DNA from: an uncultured cyanobacterium
Lineage (GTDB): Bacteria; Cyanobacteriota; Cyanobacteriia; Cyanobacteriales; Cyanobacteriaceae
Reading direction: 5' to 3'
Assembly (NCBI GenBank): GCA_963710605.1
Contig: CAVQBA010000007.1
Coordinates: 384,001-448,000 of the forward strand
Length of the DNA stretch: 64,000 bases
Shown here piece by piece: positions 63,822 to 64,000 of the stretch; position 1 is the first letter of the stretch, and the number at the start of each line of letters is the position of its first letter. Under the pieces are notes generated by a model that was given only the letters and a program-made list of their open reading frames with translations, searched no databases and was not told the DNA's origin. Position numbers and translations under genes: made by a program.

Positions 63822-64000
63822 ATGCCCAAATTAAATTCTTTTTTTAATAAAAAAATAACAGCCTTAACATTAAGTTTATTTACCTTAGGTGGTGTTTTTG
63901 CTCCTCTTGTACATTCAGCCGAGGAGATTTTCTTTATATATAATCCTTTTATCATTTCTTTAAGAGTAGAATCATTAGAAGAATTTGCTAAAACAGGTAA
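63822..64000 (+). CDS. exported alpha/beta hydrolase-associated (DUF1400-like) protein, 3'-truncated by the window edge
   Basis: MPKLNSFFNKKITALTLSLFTLGGVFAPLVHSAEEIFFIYNPFIISLRVESLEEFAKTG: signal peptide then AEEI...SL.V.SLE.FA.TG. Confidence 0.75.
   Translation, partial: MPKLNSFFNKKITALTLSLFTLGGVFAPLVHSAEEIFFIYNPFIISLRVESLEEFAKTG

Overview
AT-rich chromosomal window from a unicellular cyanobacterium. Photosystem genes psaE/psaL/psaI/psb30, petJ and cpcS, dense CGATCG (HIP1 core) sites and heptamer tandem repeats point to the Cyanobacterium/Geminocystis group (inference). Most of it is housekeeping: plmA, mtnA, lysA, mutM, squalene synthase, hisG, tRNA-Leu(CAA), truB, malQ, rfbCDA, cysK, aroB, a CrtU/CruE-like carotenoid enzyme and a TldE-type protein. 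Three small genes missing from the ORF track were added (psb30, psaI, a 42-aa zinc-finger protein). Accessory parts: (i) an exosortase plus PEP-CTERM target pair; (ii) a 6-kb island with a ~1500-aa NACHT/STAND NTPase ending in a PD-(D/E)xK nuclease, and a ParE-type TA module between 79-bp direct repeats; (iii) a co-oriented cluster of an FHA-winged-helix regulator, a membrane Hanks kinase, a COP23-like lipoprotein, small membrane proteins and an exported TPR-CHAT-SH3b protease. In (iii), two promoters share triple 11-bp-periodic boxes and two proteins share a C-terminal P-x-x-A-W tail; this is the best candidate for an undescribed system. Intergenic DNA holds tiny nested hairpin elements with covarying stems, TA-ended MITEs and a ~270-nt candidate structured ncRNA. 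Five genes are split by single-base insertions and one by an in-frame TGA, probably assembly error. All family assignments come from motif recognition; no database searches were run.
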